A stretch of DNA of 64,000 bases from Geopsychrobacteraceae bacterium (lineage in GTDB: Bacteria; Desulfobacterota; Desulfuromonadia; Desulfuromonadales; Geopsychrobacteraceae), in contig CAXXTB010000001.1 in the NCBI GenBank assembly GCA_963676795.2, positions 128,001-192,000 on the forward strand. Direction: 5' to 3'. The position numbers were made by a program, and so were the translations under genes. The notes beneath the pieces are model-generated. The model searched no databases, had not been told where the DNA came from, and worked only from the letters and a program-made list of their open reading frames with translations. Shown piece by piece: positions 9,866 through 19,873 of this stretch (position 1 is the stretch's first letter; each line of letters opens with the position of its first letter).

Positions 9866-10885
9866 CTAAAGTTTCAGCTGATCGAAATCGAGCGAAATCC
9901 GCTCGCCGTGACGGACCTGGTTGCGCAACCGGGCCAGTTTTTCATCGAGATGGGCGAGCTGCTCGACCCCGGCGCGTTCCACTTCGCTGGTTTCGATGAC
10001 AGCAGCAACCCCGCCGTTACGGATCACCAGACGCCGGTCGCCGGAGAGGGCGAGCAGCGGATCGTGGGTTGCCATAAGGACGATCTTCTCCTTCTTGACC
10101 AGCAACTCCAATGCCCGCAGCCGGTCGACTCCGGCATTCTCGATCTCATCGATCAGGACGATCGGCGAGGCGCTCAGGCAGGCGACATCAGCGATCATCA
10201 GCGCCCGCGACTGGCCACCGGAGAGGGCTGTGACCGGCGTATCCAGGGTAAAGGGTTCACCGGCCAGATCGACAGCAGTGATAAAGATCTGCTCGACCCG
10301 CTCGGCGATATTGTTGACCAGCCGGCTCTCGGCGTGCATGGTGATGAACTCACGGACGCTCAAGTCCATGACAAAGTTCATGTTCTGCGACAACTGGGCG
10401 ACCAGCTGCTGTTCGCCTGAGAGGCGCAGCTGCTCATCCGGCACCTCGTCATCCACCAGAACCTGGCGCTGCGACGGGGTGTCCTGCTGGGCCAGGCATT
10501 CGATATCGGCGAGCAGGCGGCTTTTCCCCGAGCCGGTCGGCCCGACGACACAGACCACCTCGCCAGAACGCAGGACCAGATCCTGCGTCTCCGCGACCCC
10601 ATTCTTATCGACACCGGCCTTGACCGTCACGCTGCGGATCGTCGTCTCATCCTGCTGCTGAAGCTTCTCCATCTGAATGAGAAAATCGAGACACTGCTGA
10701 ACCAGAGTCTCCTGATCGAGAGCATATTCGGCCAGATGATCGGCGCTCTGGATTTTCAGCAAGGCACCGAGCGGCAGATCCCGCTCGGGAACTTCAATTG
10801 CCAGCGCCGCCAGAAAGTCGTGGAGCCAGGGGCGTTCTTCGAGCAGCCGGACAACAGACTGATTGAGAAGATCTGACGTATTCAT
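9866..10885 (-). CDS. ABC-type ATPase with N-terminal helical (DUF1858-like) extension
   Basis: Walker A GPTGSGKS, LSGGQ, VLIDE, ATHD; ATG 10885 overlaps upstream TGA (ATGA). Confidence 0.85.
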   Translation of the reverse strand: MNTSDLLNQSVVRLLEERPWLHDFLAALAIEVPERDLPLGALLKIQSADHLAEYALDQETLVQQCLDFLIQMEKLQQQDETTIRSVTVKAGVDKNGVAETQDLVLRSGEVVCVVGPTGSGKSRLLADIECLAQQDTPSQRQVLVDDEVPDEQLRLSGEQQLVAQLSQNMNFVMDLSVREFITMHAESRLVNNIAERVEQIFITAVDLAGEPFTLDTPVTALSGGQSRALMIADVACLSASPIVLIDEIENAGVDRLRALELLVKKEKIVLMATHDPLLALSGDRRLVIRNGGVAAVIETSEVERAGVEQLAHLDEKLARLRNQVRHGERISLDFDQLKL

Positions 10886-11568
10886 AAGAAATCCATGGTC
10901 TTGACATTGCCGATCTGGCAATCGGGGCCGATGCGCGTTTCGCCCAGACAGTAGGAACAGAGCGCCGCCGGCATGGTAAAGCGCAACCGCATGTCGATCA
11001 GGCTGTCAACCTCGGTCGCCCTTTCCAGATGGCGCTGTAGAAGCAAGTTGCCCTGACCGGTCAGGCCGTTGACCGGCAAGACTGCGGCACGCGGATTGAC
11101 CTGACGGACGCGGAAGGCGAAAACCTCACGCTCGGCCTGGGAGACGATATCCCCCTTGGTCAGCACCACAACATCCGAGTTCTTGAGCATCGGGCCGATC
11201 TTGCGCGGCGTGTGCACGCCGCTCAAGTGGTCGATAACGCAGAGGGCGAGGACGTCCTTGATATGCGGCGAGCAACGATTACAGAGCCCGGCGCTCTCGC
11301 TGACCAGCAGATTGAAGCCCCGCCTGAGCCCCCACTGCACCCCCTGCTCGATATTGGAGATGAAGAAGTGATCCGGGCAGAGACCTCCGGCCAAGCCGGT
11401 CTTGACCTCGATGCCGGACTTGCTGTAACGCAGATGGTCGTCGCTGGTCAGGCAGTCGAACTTGATGACACCGACCTTCAAACCGCTTTTGACCAGCGGT
11501 TCGATAGTGCGCAGAATGATCGATGTCTTGCCGCACGAAGGGGGCCCGGCGACGGTCACCAGTTTCAT
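10882..11568 (-). CDS. HypB/UreG-like (G3E family) GTPase, Cys-rich
   Basis: GPPSCGKT, LCPDH, ESAGLCNRCSP, TKGD, LCSYC. Confidence 0.85.
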   Translation of the reverse strand: MKLVTVAGPPSCGKTSIILRTIEPLVKSGLKVGVIKFDCLTSDDHLRYSKSGIEVKTGLAGGLCPDHFFISNIEQGVQWGLRRGFNLLVSESAGLCNRCSPHIKDVLALCVIDHLSGVHTPRKIGPMLKNSDVVVLTKGDIVSQAEREVFAFRVRQVNPRAAVLPVNGLTGQGNLLLQRHLERATEVDSLIDMRLRFTMPAALCSYCLGETRIGPDCQIGNVKTMDFL

Positions 11569-12800
11569 TGTCCGGCGCCCCGTTGCAGAGATTCAAGGGC
11601 TGGCGGCATGAAGATCTTGTCGATCTCCCTGTTGACCTCAAGCAGATCTTGCCCACGCAGGAAATCCCAGCCAAGCCATTTGAGTGGTTTGTCCTGAACC
11701 TCACCGACAACCTCCTGGTGCGGAACCGGAAAGCGGGCGCTGTTGAGGGCCTGAGCCAGACCGGGACCGGTCAGATAGTCGAGCACCGGTTTGAGCTCTG
11801 CAACCTTGGACTTCTTCACCTGCAGGGTCACGGGGCTGGCCAGGGCCCCATCCTCCGGCCAGATAATCTTGATCCGCTCCTGGTGCTTGACCCGGTGAGC
11901 AAAGAATTCCGGCATGACATAGATCGCCCCCGGCGCACCGGCATCGATCTTCTTGACCATCTGCGAAGGATGCAGGCCACGCAGAACATTGCAAGCCAGC
12001 GCTTTGAGCCCTTCGGCGCCATGGTCAAGGAAGGTCGGCAACAGTACGGCATGACAGAAGAACTGGTCGCTGCCGCGCAGGGTGACGCTCTCTTTCCAGG
12101 CCGGATCGAGCAGATCCTTCCAGCTGGTTGGCAGGGAGCGCTCACCAAGCTCATCGAGGTTGACGACCATGACCAGCGGGTTGATGCCAAGAATTGAATA
12201 TTCCTGCTGAGGGTCGAGAATCCCGGCCTTGGCGTAGGCTGCTGTCGGCTGCGGCGTACCGTAACCGGTCATCTCCCCGGTTACGACAAAGGTCTGGTAG
12301 AACTGATGACCATAAAAAGAGTTGAAATCCGCCGAAACAATGATGTCGGGCAGTTCGTTCACCTCTTTAAGGGTTTTGATGTAGGGGTAATAGGAGAGTT
12401 CCTGGTTGACATTCCCCTCAACGGCATAGGTGATCTCCAGCCCCTGCTCGACTTTCAGCTGTTCGAGAAATTCCGTGACCGCCCTGCCGAAGGGAACCTT
12501 GAGGCCGCAGGGCATCAGGGCAAGCAGAGTCAGATCCTTCTGACACTCCGGGGAATCGAGGCCAGGCGCCTCAAGCGGCCTGTCTGCCTCAACCGCTGCA
12601 TTGAGCAGGCGTAAAAAAGTGATGCCATCGACGTTGCGGCTGCGCAGTGCGGTGCCCAGAGTCAGAAAAGGGGCAAGCAGGCGCAGGCCCTCCTCGCTGA
12701 CCAGTGAGGCCAGGCCGTGGGCCTGAAAAACCTGTTCTGTCTGCGGATAGTGCTTGACGATATCCGCGATCTTCATCTCGTAACCGATGACCGGCGACAT
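11565..12800 (-). CDS. Solute-binding-fold protein (AfuA/PotD-like) with N-terminal DUF1858-like domain, no signal peptide
   Basis: N-terminus IADIVKHYPQTEQVF; PDIIVSA, PTSWKDLLDP, WPEDGALASP binding-protein motifs. Confidence 0.75.
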   Translation of the reverse strand: MSPVIGYEMKIADIVKHYPQTEQVFQAHGLASLVSEEGLRLLAPFLTLGTALRSRNVDGITFLRLLNAAVEADRPLEAPGLDSPECQKDLTLLALMPCGLKVPFGRAVTEFLEQLKVEQGLEITYAVEGNVNQELSYYPYIKTLKEVNELPDIIVSADFNSFYGHQFYQTFVVTGEMTGYGTPQPTAAYAKAGILDPQQEYSILGINPLVMVVNLDELGERSLPTSWKDLLDPAWKESVTLRGSDQFFCHAVLLPTFLDHGAEGLKALACNVLRGLHPSQMVKKIDAGAPGAIYVMPEFFAHRVKHQERIKIIWPEDGALASPVTLQVKKSKVAELKPVLDYLTGPGLAQALNSARFPVPHQEVVGEVQDKPLKWLGWDFLRGQDLLEVNREIDKIFMPPALESLQRGAGQ

Positions 12801-13064
12801 AGTATCTCCTGAAATGTAATTGAATGGAAACCCAGGAAGAGATGCATACAGCCCGGCCAGTAATCCGGTTCATGTCATGATCAATTCACAAGCTGTACTT
12901 GTTTCAAAACAGTTGAGAACTGATGCATAATGCGTTCCGTTTATAAAATTACGGGGAAAAGACCTGTTTTCAGGAGATTACGAAAGAGTCCGACTGCCCG
13001 GGAAGAACCGGAATGCAAATATTCTGGCTTGCAAACCTGGTCCCTGCTCAAGAAATAACCAGTT

Positions 13065-13415
13065 TCAGCGGTTGTCCTGCCGGTCGTATTTGAGCTGGCA
13101 GATTTCCAGACGAGCCAGATAGAGGTCCCGGAAAAGGAGATTGGCACGAGCTGTGACCAGGTCATTGTAAGCTTCCAGAACATTTCTGAAATTGCGGCGA
13201 ATCGATTCAAACTGAGTTTCACTGAGATCCTGAGGCAGCGTCAGGGTCAGCTCCGGCGTTTCATGATCAAAATGCTTATGCAGCAGAACCTCGAGTTCCG
13301 ACCTGAGGCAACTGGAGACCTCCGGCTTTAAATGCCGCAAATGTTCTTCGAAGGCAGCATCGACAATTTCACGAATATCTTTCTTGGGGCGTAACGGAAT
13401 AACCTTTGCTCTCAT
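13065..13415 (-). CDS. Hypothetical protein
   Basis: 116-aa ORF with plausible RBS; no recognised family. Confidence 0.6.
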   Translation of the reverse strand: MRAKVIPLRPKKDIREIVDAAFEEHLRHLKPEVSSCLRSELEVLLHKHFDHETPELTLTLPQDLSETQFESIRRNFRNVLEAYNDLVTARANLLFRDLYLARLEICQLKYDRQDNR

Positions 13416-13495
13416 TTCACCGTCCTAAACATGACAAATCAAGTAACACTTAGAACAGCATAACGGATTGCACCGCTCAGATGTAAGGGGGAGGG

Positions 13496-13534
13496 AAAAA
13501 CTTTTCCCCGCTGTAAGGAAATTACAGCGGGGAA
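13496..13534 (-). terminator. Probable intrinsic terminator
   Basis: 13-bp stem TTCCCCGCTGTAA/TTACAGCGGGGAA just after the beta-barrel gene stop. Confidence 0.65.
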
Positions 13535-13544
13535 CTGGACAGGA

Positions 13545-14312
13545 TCAGAAACGCACCATCAGGCCACCGAAAGGACCGGCCATCTGGGTATCGACATAGA
13601 TCTCGTCTTCGTCGATCTTCAGGTCGAAATAACGGATACCCGCATAGAGACCGAACATCGGCAGCGGCGAAAATTCAACCTGAGCCTCGGCATCGAGGAA
13701 ATAATTTCCTTCATATTCCATGTAACCGACGCGCCCGGTCACACCGAGGTAATCCGCAAAGGCGAGTCTGGCGCGGGCACCGAGGGTCGGGATCGGAACG
13801 ACAACGGACTCCGAAGCCGAAACGCTACCGATTGCTTCACGAACCGAAAGGTCAGCATCGGCAATCTTGACCGCCAACTCCAGGCCAAGCTGAATGCGGG
13901 TCGGCAGATCGTCGGTATTGATTATGAAGTAGGTATAACCCAGATCATAAACATCGAGGTCAAGATCGGTCTTTACCCGGGTAGACGCACTGAAGGTCTC
14001 GCCATTGATCTCGATCGAATCGGACAGGGTTCCGGTTCCGGAAAAGCTGATCGGCAGATAATTGAGAGATAACCTGGAGTTCCCCAGGTTGAGGGCGATT
14101 TCACCGGTGAAGCTTTCGCTGTCGGACAGGTTCAGGGAATCATCGATATCGACGGCATAGCTGCTTGTGCCGTCAACAACACCGCCGATCTCACCTTCCG
14201 GAGTGAGCAGCTGATAACCGGCCTTGAGCGAAACAAGCTCATCGGCAAAAGCAAACTGTGCCGCAAAAAGAACAAGACCGACCAGCCACAAGACTTTCCA
14301 TTTCATAGACAC
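13545..14312 (-). CDS. Outer membrane beta-barrel protein (TIGR04219-like)
   Basis: Signal peptide ending AFA; alternating beta-strand pattern; C-terminal Phe (GLMVRF). Confidence 0.75.
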   Translation of the reverse strand: MSMKWKVLWLVGLVLFAAQFAFADELVSLKAGYQLLTPEGEIGGVVDGTSSYAVDIDDSLNLSDSESFTGEIALNLGNSRLSLNYLPISFSGTGTLSDSIEINGETFSASTRVKTDLDLDVYDLGYTYFIINTDDLPTRIQLGLELAVKIADADLSVREAIGSVSASESVVVPIPTLGARARLAFADYLGVTGRVGYMEYEGNYFLDAEAQVEFSPLPMFGLYAGIRYFDLKIDEDEIYVDTQMAGPFGGLMVRF

Positions 14313-14437
14313 CTCCCAGATATTGCGTCGTAAACTAAAAGCCTAGCACAACATTGGAGGACTGTCAGTGATCTAGTGTAACAGGGCCGGAAAATTCCTT
14401 CTGCCGGCCCAGATATTCAATCAATGACAACGCTGTA

Positions 14438-14785
14438 TCACTTACCCGCCGGCTTGCGCCCCTTGGGTACGCGCTTGCGGCGGCTGCGCTTTTCCGGTGC
14501 CTCTTCGGCCTGCGGAATCAGCGCCTCTTTAGGCTTTGGTGCTGAAACACAGATGCAGCGGTTACCAAGGCGGGTACCGTCGAGCATGTTGATGGCATCA
14601 CGGTTCTCCGCCTCTGAAGCCATGCGGATAAAGGCGATCCCCTTGGATCTCCCCTGCGTATCGCTGAGCATGTGGATCGCTTTCACAGTTCCGCATACGG
14701 AAAACAGCTTATGCAGGTCCTCTTCTGTTGTCTCAAAATCGAGCGACGAGACAAACACCTCTTTTATCTTGGGCTTGGTTTTCAT
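14438..14785 (-). CDS. RRM-domain RNA-binding protein
   Basis: RNP2 VFVSSL and RNP1 KGIAFIRM; basic tail; ATGA overlap with rbgA. Confidence 0.85.
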   Translation of the reverse strand: MKTKPKIKEVFVSSLDFETTEEDLHKLFSVCGTVKAIHMLSDTQGRSKGIAFIRMASEAENRDAINMLDGTRLGNRCICVSAPKPKEALIPQAEEAPEKRSRRKRVPKGRKPAGK

Positions 14786-15654
14786 ATTTCGTTGGTATTC
14801 CTGGTAAATGCATCTTCCACGACAGTCGATCGCTCAAGGCTGATCCTGCCAAGTTTTCCGCCACGCAGTTCGCGCAGCAACAGTTCGGCGGCCCGGTGGA
14901 TATCCACCTCCCCGCCACTGACCAGACAACCGCGGTTGCGGCCGAGCTGCTCGAGCAAGACGACCGGCTCAACCTTCAGCTCCTCCAGTTTGTAACGTTC
15001 ACCGAGCATGGCGGGATAGGTCTCGGCCAGGTATTCCAGGGTCACCAGGCCGACGCTCGTGGTATCGTAAGCATTCTCACCGATGGCGCCACTGGCCGCC
15101 AGGCGGCAGGCCCCGGCGATCTCGTCAAGCACCGGCCACAAGAGACCGGGGGTATCGTAAAGCAGAATCCCGTTGCGCAGATCGATCTGTTGCTGACAGG
15201 TGGTGATCCCCGCCTTGTCCCCGACCCGGGCGACCTTCTTGCCAGCCATGGTGTTGATCAGGGTCGACTTGCCGACATTGGGAATACCGACAATCATCAC
15301 CCGCAGCGGTTTGCCCGATTTGGCCCGGCTGGCCAGCATCGAGCGGCACATGTGCGGAATCAGTCCGGCATCGCGACGATTCTTGGCTTCCAGCGGCAGC
15401 GCCTTGACCCCCTGCTCCTGCTCGAAGTGCTTGACCCAGGCCTTGGTTACGAAAGGATCGGCCAGATCATTCTTGTTCAGGACCTTCAGGCAGGGCCTGT
15501 TTTTCTCTTTGCGTAACTTCTCTAGCAGCGGATTGGCACTGCTGACCGGCAGACGGGCATCGAGAACCTCGATCACCAGATCTGTCTTGGACAGATTCTC
15601 AGCAATCTGGGCCCGGGCTTTTCGCATATGTCCCGGGTACCATTCAATTATCAT
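14782..15654 (-). CDS. rbgA: Ribosome biogenesis GTPase RbgA/YlqF
   Basis: WYPGHM, NKND, GIPNVGKSTLIN, DTPG. Confidence 0.93.
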   Translation of the reverse strand: MIIEWYPGHMRKARAQIAENLSKTDLVIEVLDARLPVSSANPLLEKLRKEKNRPCLKVLNKNDLADPFVTKAWVKHFEQEQGVKALPLEAKNRRDAGLIPHMCRSMLASRAKSGKPLRVMIVGIPNVGKSTLINTMAGKKVARVGDKAGITTCQQQIDLRNGILLYDTPGLLWPVLDEIAGACRLAASGAIGENAYDTTSVGLVTLEYLAETYPAMLGERYKLEELKVEPVVLLEQLGRNRGCLVSGGEVDIHRAAELLLRELRGGKLGRISLERSTVVEDAFTRNTNEI

Positions 15655-15678
15655 CTTTGTTTACTCTTTTCTAAAAAC

Positions 15679-15736
15679 ACCCCCCTCAATCCCCCCTATG
15701 GAATAGGGGGGAAGCGAGCTCAGCGAGCAGGGGGGT
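15679..15736 (+). repeat. REP-like palindromic element, copy 2
   Basis: ACCCCCCTCAATCCCCCCTATGGAATAGGGGGGAAGCGAGCTCAGCGAGCAGGGGGGT. Confidence 0.9.
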
Positions 15737-15779
15737 CTATTAATAGCGGTCATCCGAAAACTCAAACTGCAACCGAAAC

Positions 15780-15920
15780 GTTTTCAGATCGGAAACGAGC
15801 AATTTTTCGTTGTGGCTAGGAAATCAAGAGCTTATGCGGAGGCATAGTGCTTTACGCCGCACAAATAAGCCCGCAGATTGACGCCGCCACGGCGAAAAAG
15901 GGCCGTTTCCGGCTGAAAAC
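15780..15920 (+). mobile_element. ~141-bp MITE-like repeat, copy A
   Basis: Imperfect terminal inverted repeats GTTTTCAGATCGGAAACG / CGTTTCCGGCTGAAAAC; similar copies at 21045 and 57572. Confidence 0.75.
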
Positions 15921-16996
15921 TAACCACGCATCCGCTGAATCATCACCAGATCAGCCAGGACCAGGGCCGACATGGTTTCAACAATCGGGATGGCGCGCGG
16001 CACGACGCAGGGATCATGGCGCCCCTTGGCTTCAAGAATCGCCTCATTGCCGTCAAAATCGACGGTCTTCTGGGCCTGACCGATGGTTGCCGGCGGCTTG
16101 AAGGCGACGCGGAAATAGACCGGCTCGCCATTGGAGATGCCGCCCTGGACACCGCCACTTTTGTTGGTCAGGGTGCCGAGGCGATCCCCCTTTTTGATGA
16201 ACGGATCGTTATGCACCGAACCGCGTTGACGGGCACCGTCGAAACCGGAGCCGATCTCAAAGGCCTTGGTTGCCGGCAGCGACAGCATGGCATGTCCGAG
16301 CATTGCTTCCAGGCGGTCGAAAACCGGCTCACCGAGACCGGCCGGCAGGTTGCGGATGACACAGCTCACCACTCCGCCGACCGAATCCTTGGCCTCGCGG
16401 GCCGCGACGATCTCTTCGGTCATCAGAGCTGCAGCAGCCGTATCGGGGCAGCGGATATCACTAACATCGACCTGATCACGGTTGATCGTTGCCATATCGA
16501 TCTCTGCGGCATCATGCTGACCGACAGAACTGACCCAGGCGACGATTTCAACCCCGTATTGCTCAAGCAGAAACTTCTCGGCGATGGCACCGGCAGCAAC
16601 CCGGCCGATAGTCTCCCGCGCACTGGAACGGCCACCGCCACTGGCTGCGTGGATACCATATTTCATCTGATAGGTGTAGTCGGCGTGCGATGGGCGCGGG
16701 ATGGCCCGCATCTCACCGTAATCACCCGGTCTCTGATCCTTGTTATTGACCAGCATGCCGATCGGTGTGCCCAGGGTCAGACCATGCTCCACACCGGAGA
16801 GGATCCTGACCTGATCCGCTTCATTGCGTTCGGTTCCCAGCTTGTTGCCGCCCGGACGACGCCGGTCCAGCTGAACCTGAATATCCGCCTCGCTCAGCGC
16901 CATTCTTGACGGTACGCCGTCAACAACGACACCAACACCCGGACAGTGGGATTCTCCAAAGCTACTGATTCTGAAAAAACGACCAAAACTCGACAT
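15920..16996 (-). CDS. aroC: Chorismate synthase
   Basis: [32 protein letters not shown]. Confidence 0.97.
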   Translation of the reverse strand: MSSFGRFFRISSFGESHCPGVGVVVDGVPSRMALSEADIQVQLDRRRPGGNKLGTERNEADQVRILSGVEHGLTLGTPIGMLVNNKDQRPGDYGEMRAIPRPSHADYTYQMKYGIHAASGGGRSSARETIGRVAAGAIAEKFLLEQYGVEIVAWVSSVGQHDAAEIDMATINRDQVDVSDIRCPDTAAAALMTEEIVAAREAKDSVGGVVSCVIRNLPAGLGEPVFDRLEAMLGHAMLSLPATKAFEIGSGFDGARQRGSVHNDPFIKKGDRLGTLTNKSGGVQGGISNGEPVYFRVAFKPPATIGQAQKTVDFDGNEAILEAKGRHDPCVVPRAIPIVETMSALVLADLVMIQRMRG

Positions 16997-17227
16997 GCTA
17001 ACCCTTTCAACAAAACTGGCGTGATCATTTTACGAATTGGGCAGAATAGCAGAAAACCGCTATGAAGGCTATTCAAGTTGCAGCTAAAAAGCTAATTCTG
17101 CGATGAAATTCCAGCCAGAAACCGATAACGGGGCATTTTTTGCACGAATTCTCCGACCGAACCCCGCATTGAACGTTGTCTTGATTCATTTTTGTGCTAA
17201 TATCCGGCCGACATTGATGGAGTTTCT

Positions 17228-17905
17228 ATGGCTGATGTAACAAAATTCCTTGCCGGTATCGCCAATTTTCAGCAACAGCATTTTGGCGAAAATCCAGAAC
17301 TTGCCTCCAGCCTGGCCTCAGGTCAGAAGCCGCAGGCCCTGTTGATCGGCTGCTGCGACTCGCGGGTCGATCCGGCCTTGTTGACCGACAGTGCTCCCGG
17401 CGACCTGTTTATCCTGCGCAATATCGCCAACCTGGTCCCCCCCTATCAGAAAAACGATGACTACCACGGAGTCAGCTCAACCATCGAGTATGCGGTCTGC
17501 ATTCTCGAGGTCTCGGACATCATCATTCTCGGCCATTCAAACTGTGGCGGAATCAAGGTGCTGATGGAATCGAAGGGAGGGGAACCGATGGGGGAATTTA
17601 TCGGCAACTGGGTCGATATCGCCGCATCGGCACGCGACAAAGTGCTGCACGACATGCCTGATGCGCCGGTCGAAAAACAGACCCGTGCCTGCGAGAAGGA
17701 AGCGATCCTCGTTTCATTGAAAAACCTGATGAGCTTCCCCTGGGTCAAGGAGCGGATCGCCAAGGGACAGCTCAGCCTGCACGGCTGGCACTATGACATC
17801 AGCGACGGCCGTCTCCAGTACTACAATCAACTCACCGGCGAATATGAAACCCTGGTCGACCGCTATTCGTTTGAAAAAAGCCTGACTACTGATTCTGGGG
17901 ACTGA
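17228..17905 (+). CDS. Beta-class carbonic anhydrase
   Basis: CCDSRV, RNIAN, GHSNCGG zinc-site motifs. Confidence 0.93.
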   Translation: MADVTKFLAGIANFQQQHFGENPELASSLASGQKPQALLIGCCDSRVDPALLTDSAPGDLFILRNIANLVPPYQKNDDYHGVSSTIEYAVCILEVSDIIILGHSNCGGIKVLMESKGGEPMGEFIGNWVDIAASARDKVLHDMPDAPVEKQTRACEKEAILVSLKNLMSFPWVKERIAKGQLSLHGWHYDISDGRLQYYNQLTGEYETLVDRYSFEKSLTTDSGD

Positions 17906-19817
17906 GCGGGGCACTCTCCATCGCACCCCCGCCCTCAATTGCCTGTGGCTCCGGCTCCGGTTCCTGGTACTCCCTGACCCTGCCGTTATAAAACTGGAGC
18001 AGGTAGAGCTGCTTGAGCGACTCACCGCCTAAGGCAAAGCCGGTTGTCCCGGTCACTCCCTGAAACTCTTCGCTTCCGGCCAGCCGCTGACGCAGATCCT
18101 CACGGCTGTTCAGGCCCGGATCGGAGCAGGCCTCGAACATCAGCATGCCACTGTCAAAAGCCTGGGCAGCAAGGATCGATGGATCGTCACGATAGACCTG
18201 CCGGTAAAGATCCTCGAAACGCTGGACCTCCGGACGACTGCTGCCGGCGAAAAAGGCATCGACAAAGACAGCATCCCTGAGAAAGCGCCCCGCCTTTTTC
18301 CCCAGCTCCGCCGAGTTCCAACCGTTGATGCCGAGCAGGGTACGATCTTTCAATCCGTAAAAAACCAGTTGAGGGGCCAGCAGCTCCAGCTTGTCGGCAT
18401 AATCGGGGATGAACAGCGCGTCGAAAGGCGGCTCCGGGTACTCTTCAGCCTCCGGATCATTGGTTTCAAGCGCTTCGAGCATCTCAGGAGTCATGTGGAT
18501 CAGATCATAGATCTGCTGTTTGAAATCGGTCACGTCATCCGGGTAACTGGAGATGTCAACGATCTCCCCTCCGGTCATGAGCACTTCACCGATAAACAGA
18601 TCGGTCATGGTCACACCGAGGGTTGTCTGCGGATAGAGAATGGAAAAACGGGTCTTGCCGTGCGCCAGAGCAAAGGCGATCAGCGCCTGAACCTGATGGC
18701 GGGGTGTCAGACTGTCGCGGAAGATATAATCGCCGGTCTCGGGAATCCCCTGGGCCTGGGCCAGACTAAGCATCGGGATCATCTCGGCCTGGGCACGCTC
18801 GGCCGCCGGAACGGCATTGGCCTTGAGTAGCGGCCCGATGATACCGATGACCTGCTTCTCATTGACCAGGCGGCTGACGATATTTGCAGGAGATTCCCCC
18901 TTGGCCGTGTCCTCAAAAGTCAGCGTCACCTTAAGCGGATGACTGCGGTTGAATTCCGTCTGGGCCAGCTCCAACCCCTTTTTCAACTGGTCGCCATAGG
19001 CCGCATAGCGGCCGCTCAGGGGCAACATGACACCGACCGTATCCCGCCGCACCCCGAAGAGCGGTGCTTCGACATCGAGCAGGCGAGTCGCTTCATACCA
19101 GTAAGGGAACGATGTCCGGGTCGCAAAGATCTGCCTGGCGTAGTTGCGCGCTTCGGCATAACGCTGACGGGCAAATGCCCGACGGGCGAGCTGGAGCAAT
19201 GCGTCCTGGCCGATTTCGCTGTTTTTCCAGAGAAAGGCCGCTTCGTCCAGATCGCTGTCAGACATCCTGTCCTGAAGCAGGCGATGAGCCTGCTGAAGAA
19301 TGGTGGCCCGATTGGAACTGATCGGCAACTGCTGCTGAAGGTAATAGAGCGCCAGCAGCGGCTGGCGGATATTCTGGGCCGCACTGGAGAGAGTCTGATA
19401 AAGCGTAAGCTGATCCTCTGCCGACAGGGGCTGCTGAATCAGCGGCTGCAGAACGTGAATGGCGTCAAGCGCCCGGTCATTCTCGAGCAGTAGTTCGCCA
19501 CGCAGCAGTTCATGACGGGAGGTCCGCAGTTCGGCGGGGACCTCCTCCAGAAGACTTAATGAAACCGGGAAATTGCCCTGAATCTGGTAGATGCGGGCAA
19601 CGAGCAGAACTCCGGCGGCATCGCCAGCGCTCAGAACCGGCTCACCGGCCAGCGGCTGGAGTAAACTCAGGGCTTCCGTGTAGCGTCCGGCGGAGAAAAG
19701 CTCCTGACTCGTCTCAAGTTCGTACGAAGTCAGGAGCGCATAGCTGACGGAGAAGGAGCCTAGCAACAAGGTCAGTATCAGACAGAATTGTATTCCCAGT
19801 GAACGAACCCGCAGCAT
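17886..19817 (-). CDS. LpoA/LppC-like penicillin-binding protein activator (TPR plus type-1 periplasmic binding domain)
   Basis: Signal peptide, helical repeats, GVMLPLSG, IIGPLL, DALFIPD, GVTG. Confidence 0.75.
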   Translation of the reverse strand: MLRVRSLGIQFCLILTLLLGSFSVSYALLTSYELETSQELFSAGRYTEALSLLQPLAGEPVLSAGDAAGVLLVARIYQIQGNFPVSLSLLEEVPAELRTSRHELLRGELLLENDRALDAIHVLQPLIQQPLSAEDQLTLYQTLSSAAQNIRQPLLALYYLQQQLPISSNRATILQQAHRLLQDRMSDSDLDEAAFLWKNSEIGQDALLQLARRAFARQRYAEARNYARQIFATRTSFPYWYEATRLLDVEAPLFGVRRDTVGVMLPLSGRYAAYGDQLKKGLELAQTEFNRSHPLKVTLTFEDTAKGESPANIVSRLVNEKQVIGIIGPLLKANAVPAAERAQAEMIPMLSLAQAQGIPETGDYIFRDSLTPRHQVQALIAFALAHGKTRFSILYPQTTLGVTMTDLFIGEVLMTGGEIVDISSYPDDVTDFKQQIYDLIHMTPEMLEALETNDPEAEEYPEPPFDALFIPDYADKLELLAPQLVFYGLKDRTLLGINGWNSAELGKKAGRFLRDAVFVDAFFAGSSRPEVQRFEDLYRQVYRDDPSILAAQAFDSGMLMFEACSDPGLNSREDLRQRLAGSEEFQGVTGTTGFALGGESLKQLYLLQFYNGRVREYQEPEPEPQAIEGGGAMESAPLSPQNQ

Positions 19818-19873
19818 AGTTCCTCCGAAGACAGATCCGGATACCTGCTAGCTAAGGTATCTGGAAAAATTGA

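Noticed and set aside
12872..12891. ATGTCA-N8-TCACAA as a CRP/HcpR/Rex-type site
   Set aside because: Spacing and second half-site fit none of these consensuses well enough
12920..12950. Possible dif site (GCATAATG...)
   Set aside because: The XerD arm TTATGTTAAAT is not matched
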